Shown here: one piece after another, positions 63,413 to 64,000 of the stretch
Layout of the letters: every line of letters starts with the position of its first letter
How positions within the stretch are numbered: the first letter of the stretch is position 1
NCBI RefSeq assembly: GCF_006345805.1
Contig: NC_043008.1
Coordinates: 248,001-312,000 of the forward strand
Reading direction: 5' to 3'
Source: Octopus sinensis
Lineage: Eukaryota
DNA: 64,000 bases
Program-made: the position numbers and the translations under genes
The notes under the pieces: model-generated
Seen by the model: only the letters and a program-made list of their open reading frames with translations
Told to the model about the DNA's origin: nothing
Databases searched by the model: none

Positions 63413-64000
63413 CGAATTCGGTACGGAACACACACACACACACACACTAAAACCGATAAGTCAGCTCACAACACCATTTTCCGAAAATTTCCTGAAAAAA
63501 AAATAAAGCCCTAACCGCGAAATATTGAAATACAAGTTAAAAGTACATAACATTGACTTTTACATTTTCACATCACTTGTTTTACCTTAAGAAAAAAACA
63601 TGTATATATATGAGTGTGTGTATATTATACATATATGTGTGTGCTTGTATTATATGTGTTCTGCTTGCGTGTGTGTGTACGAATCGTAGCTACTAAAGAA
63701 CAGGAAAAAAGTGGTTGATAACCTACAGCAGTGCAATGATTCTAGATTTTTCAAATACAAAATCAACATTTATTTAATTTTTTTGTCTTTTATTGTTTAT
63801 GCCTAAAGAACCTGTTACCTGTCGTGGAAAACACCAGCGAAGCAAATTACATACACACCTTGATGACATTACTTTGTGTACAAGGTGACAATGCAGACTT
63901 TAAAAATAAATAAATAATAAATATAAAACTTTGTCTAGCAATGGAAGTATGCTATGCGGTCGAATGACATTGTGTGAGAGTTTTAGGACAAGTATGAGAA

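Overview
AT-rich, microsatellite-dense animal non-coding DNA with one 100-N gap at 51201-51300. The repeat content suggests a coleoid cephalopod, probably Octopus (inference). No intact protein-coding gene can be supported, and almost all listed ORFs are simple-repeat translations. The window contains at least four tRNA-derived SINE families, Tc1/mariner remnants and MITEs, fragments of R4/Dong-like and CR1/Jockey-like LINE reverse transcriptases, a Penelope-like GIY-YIG C-terminal remnant, and several long fold-back hairpins. The main unexplained signal is a dense, diverse set of type I hammerhead ribozyme (HHR) motifs found by eye. All have a palindromic helix III of the dimer-cleaving type. 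They include a canonical HHR at 44405-44476, four copies inside a head-to-head palindromic array of 555-bp units (retrozyme-like, 19452-21807), one in a composite tRNA-head/(AAT)n/HHR element with inverted ends (33.1 and 34.9 kb), one downstream of the Penelope remnant (25946-25987) and one at 27475-27552. All folding and alignments were done manually and need computational and experimental confirmation.
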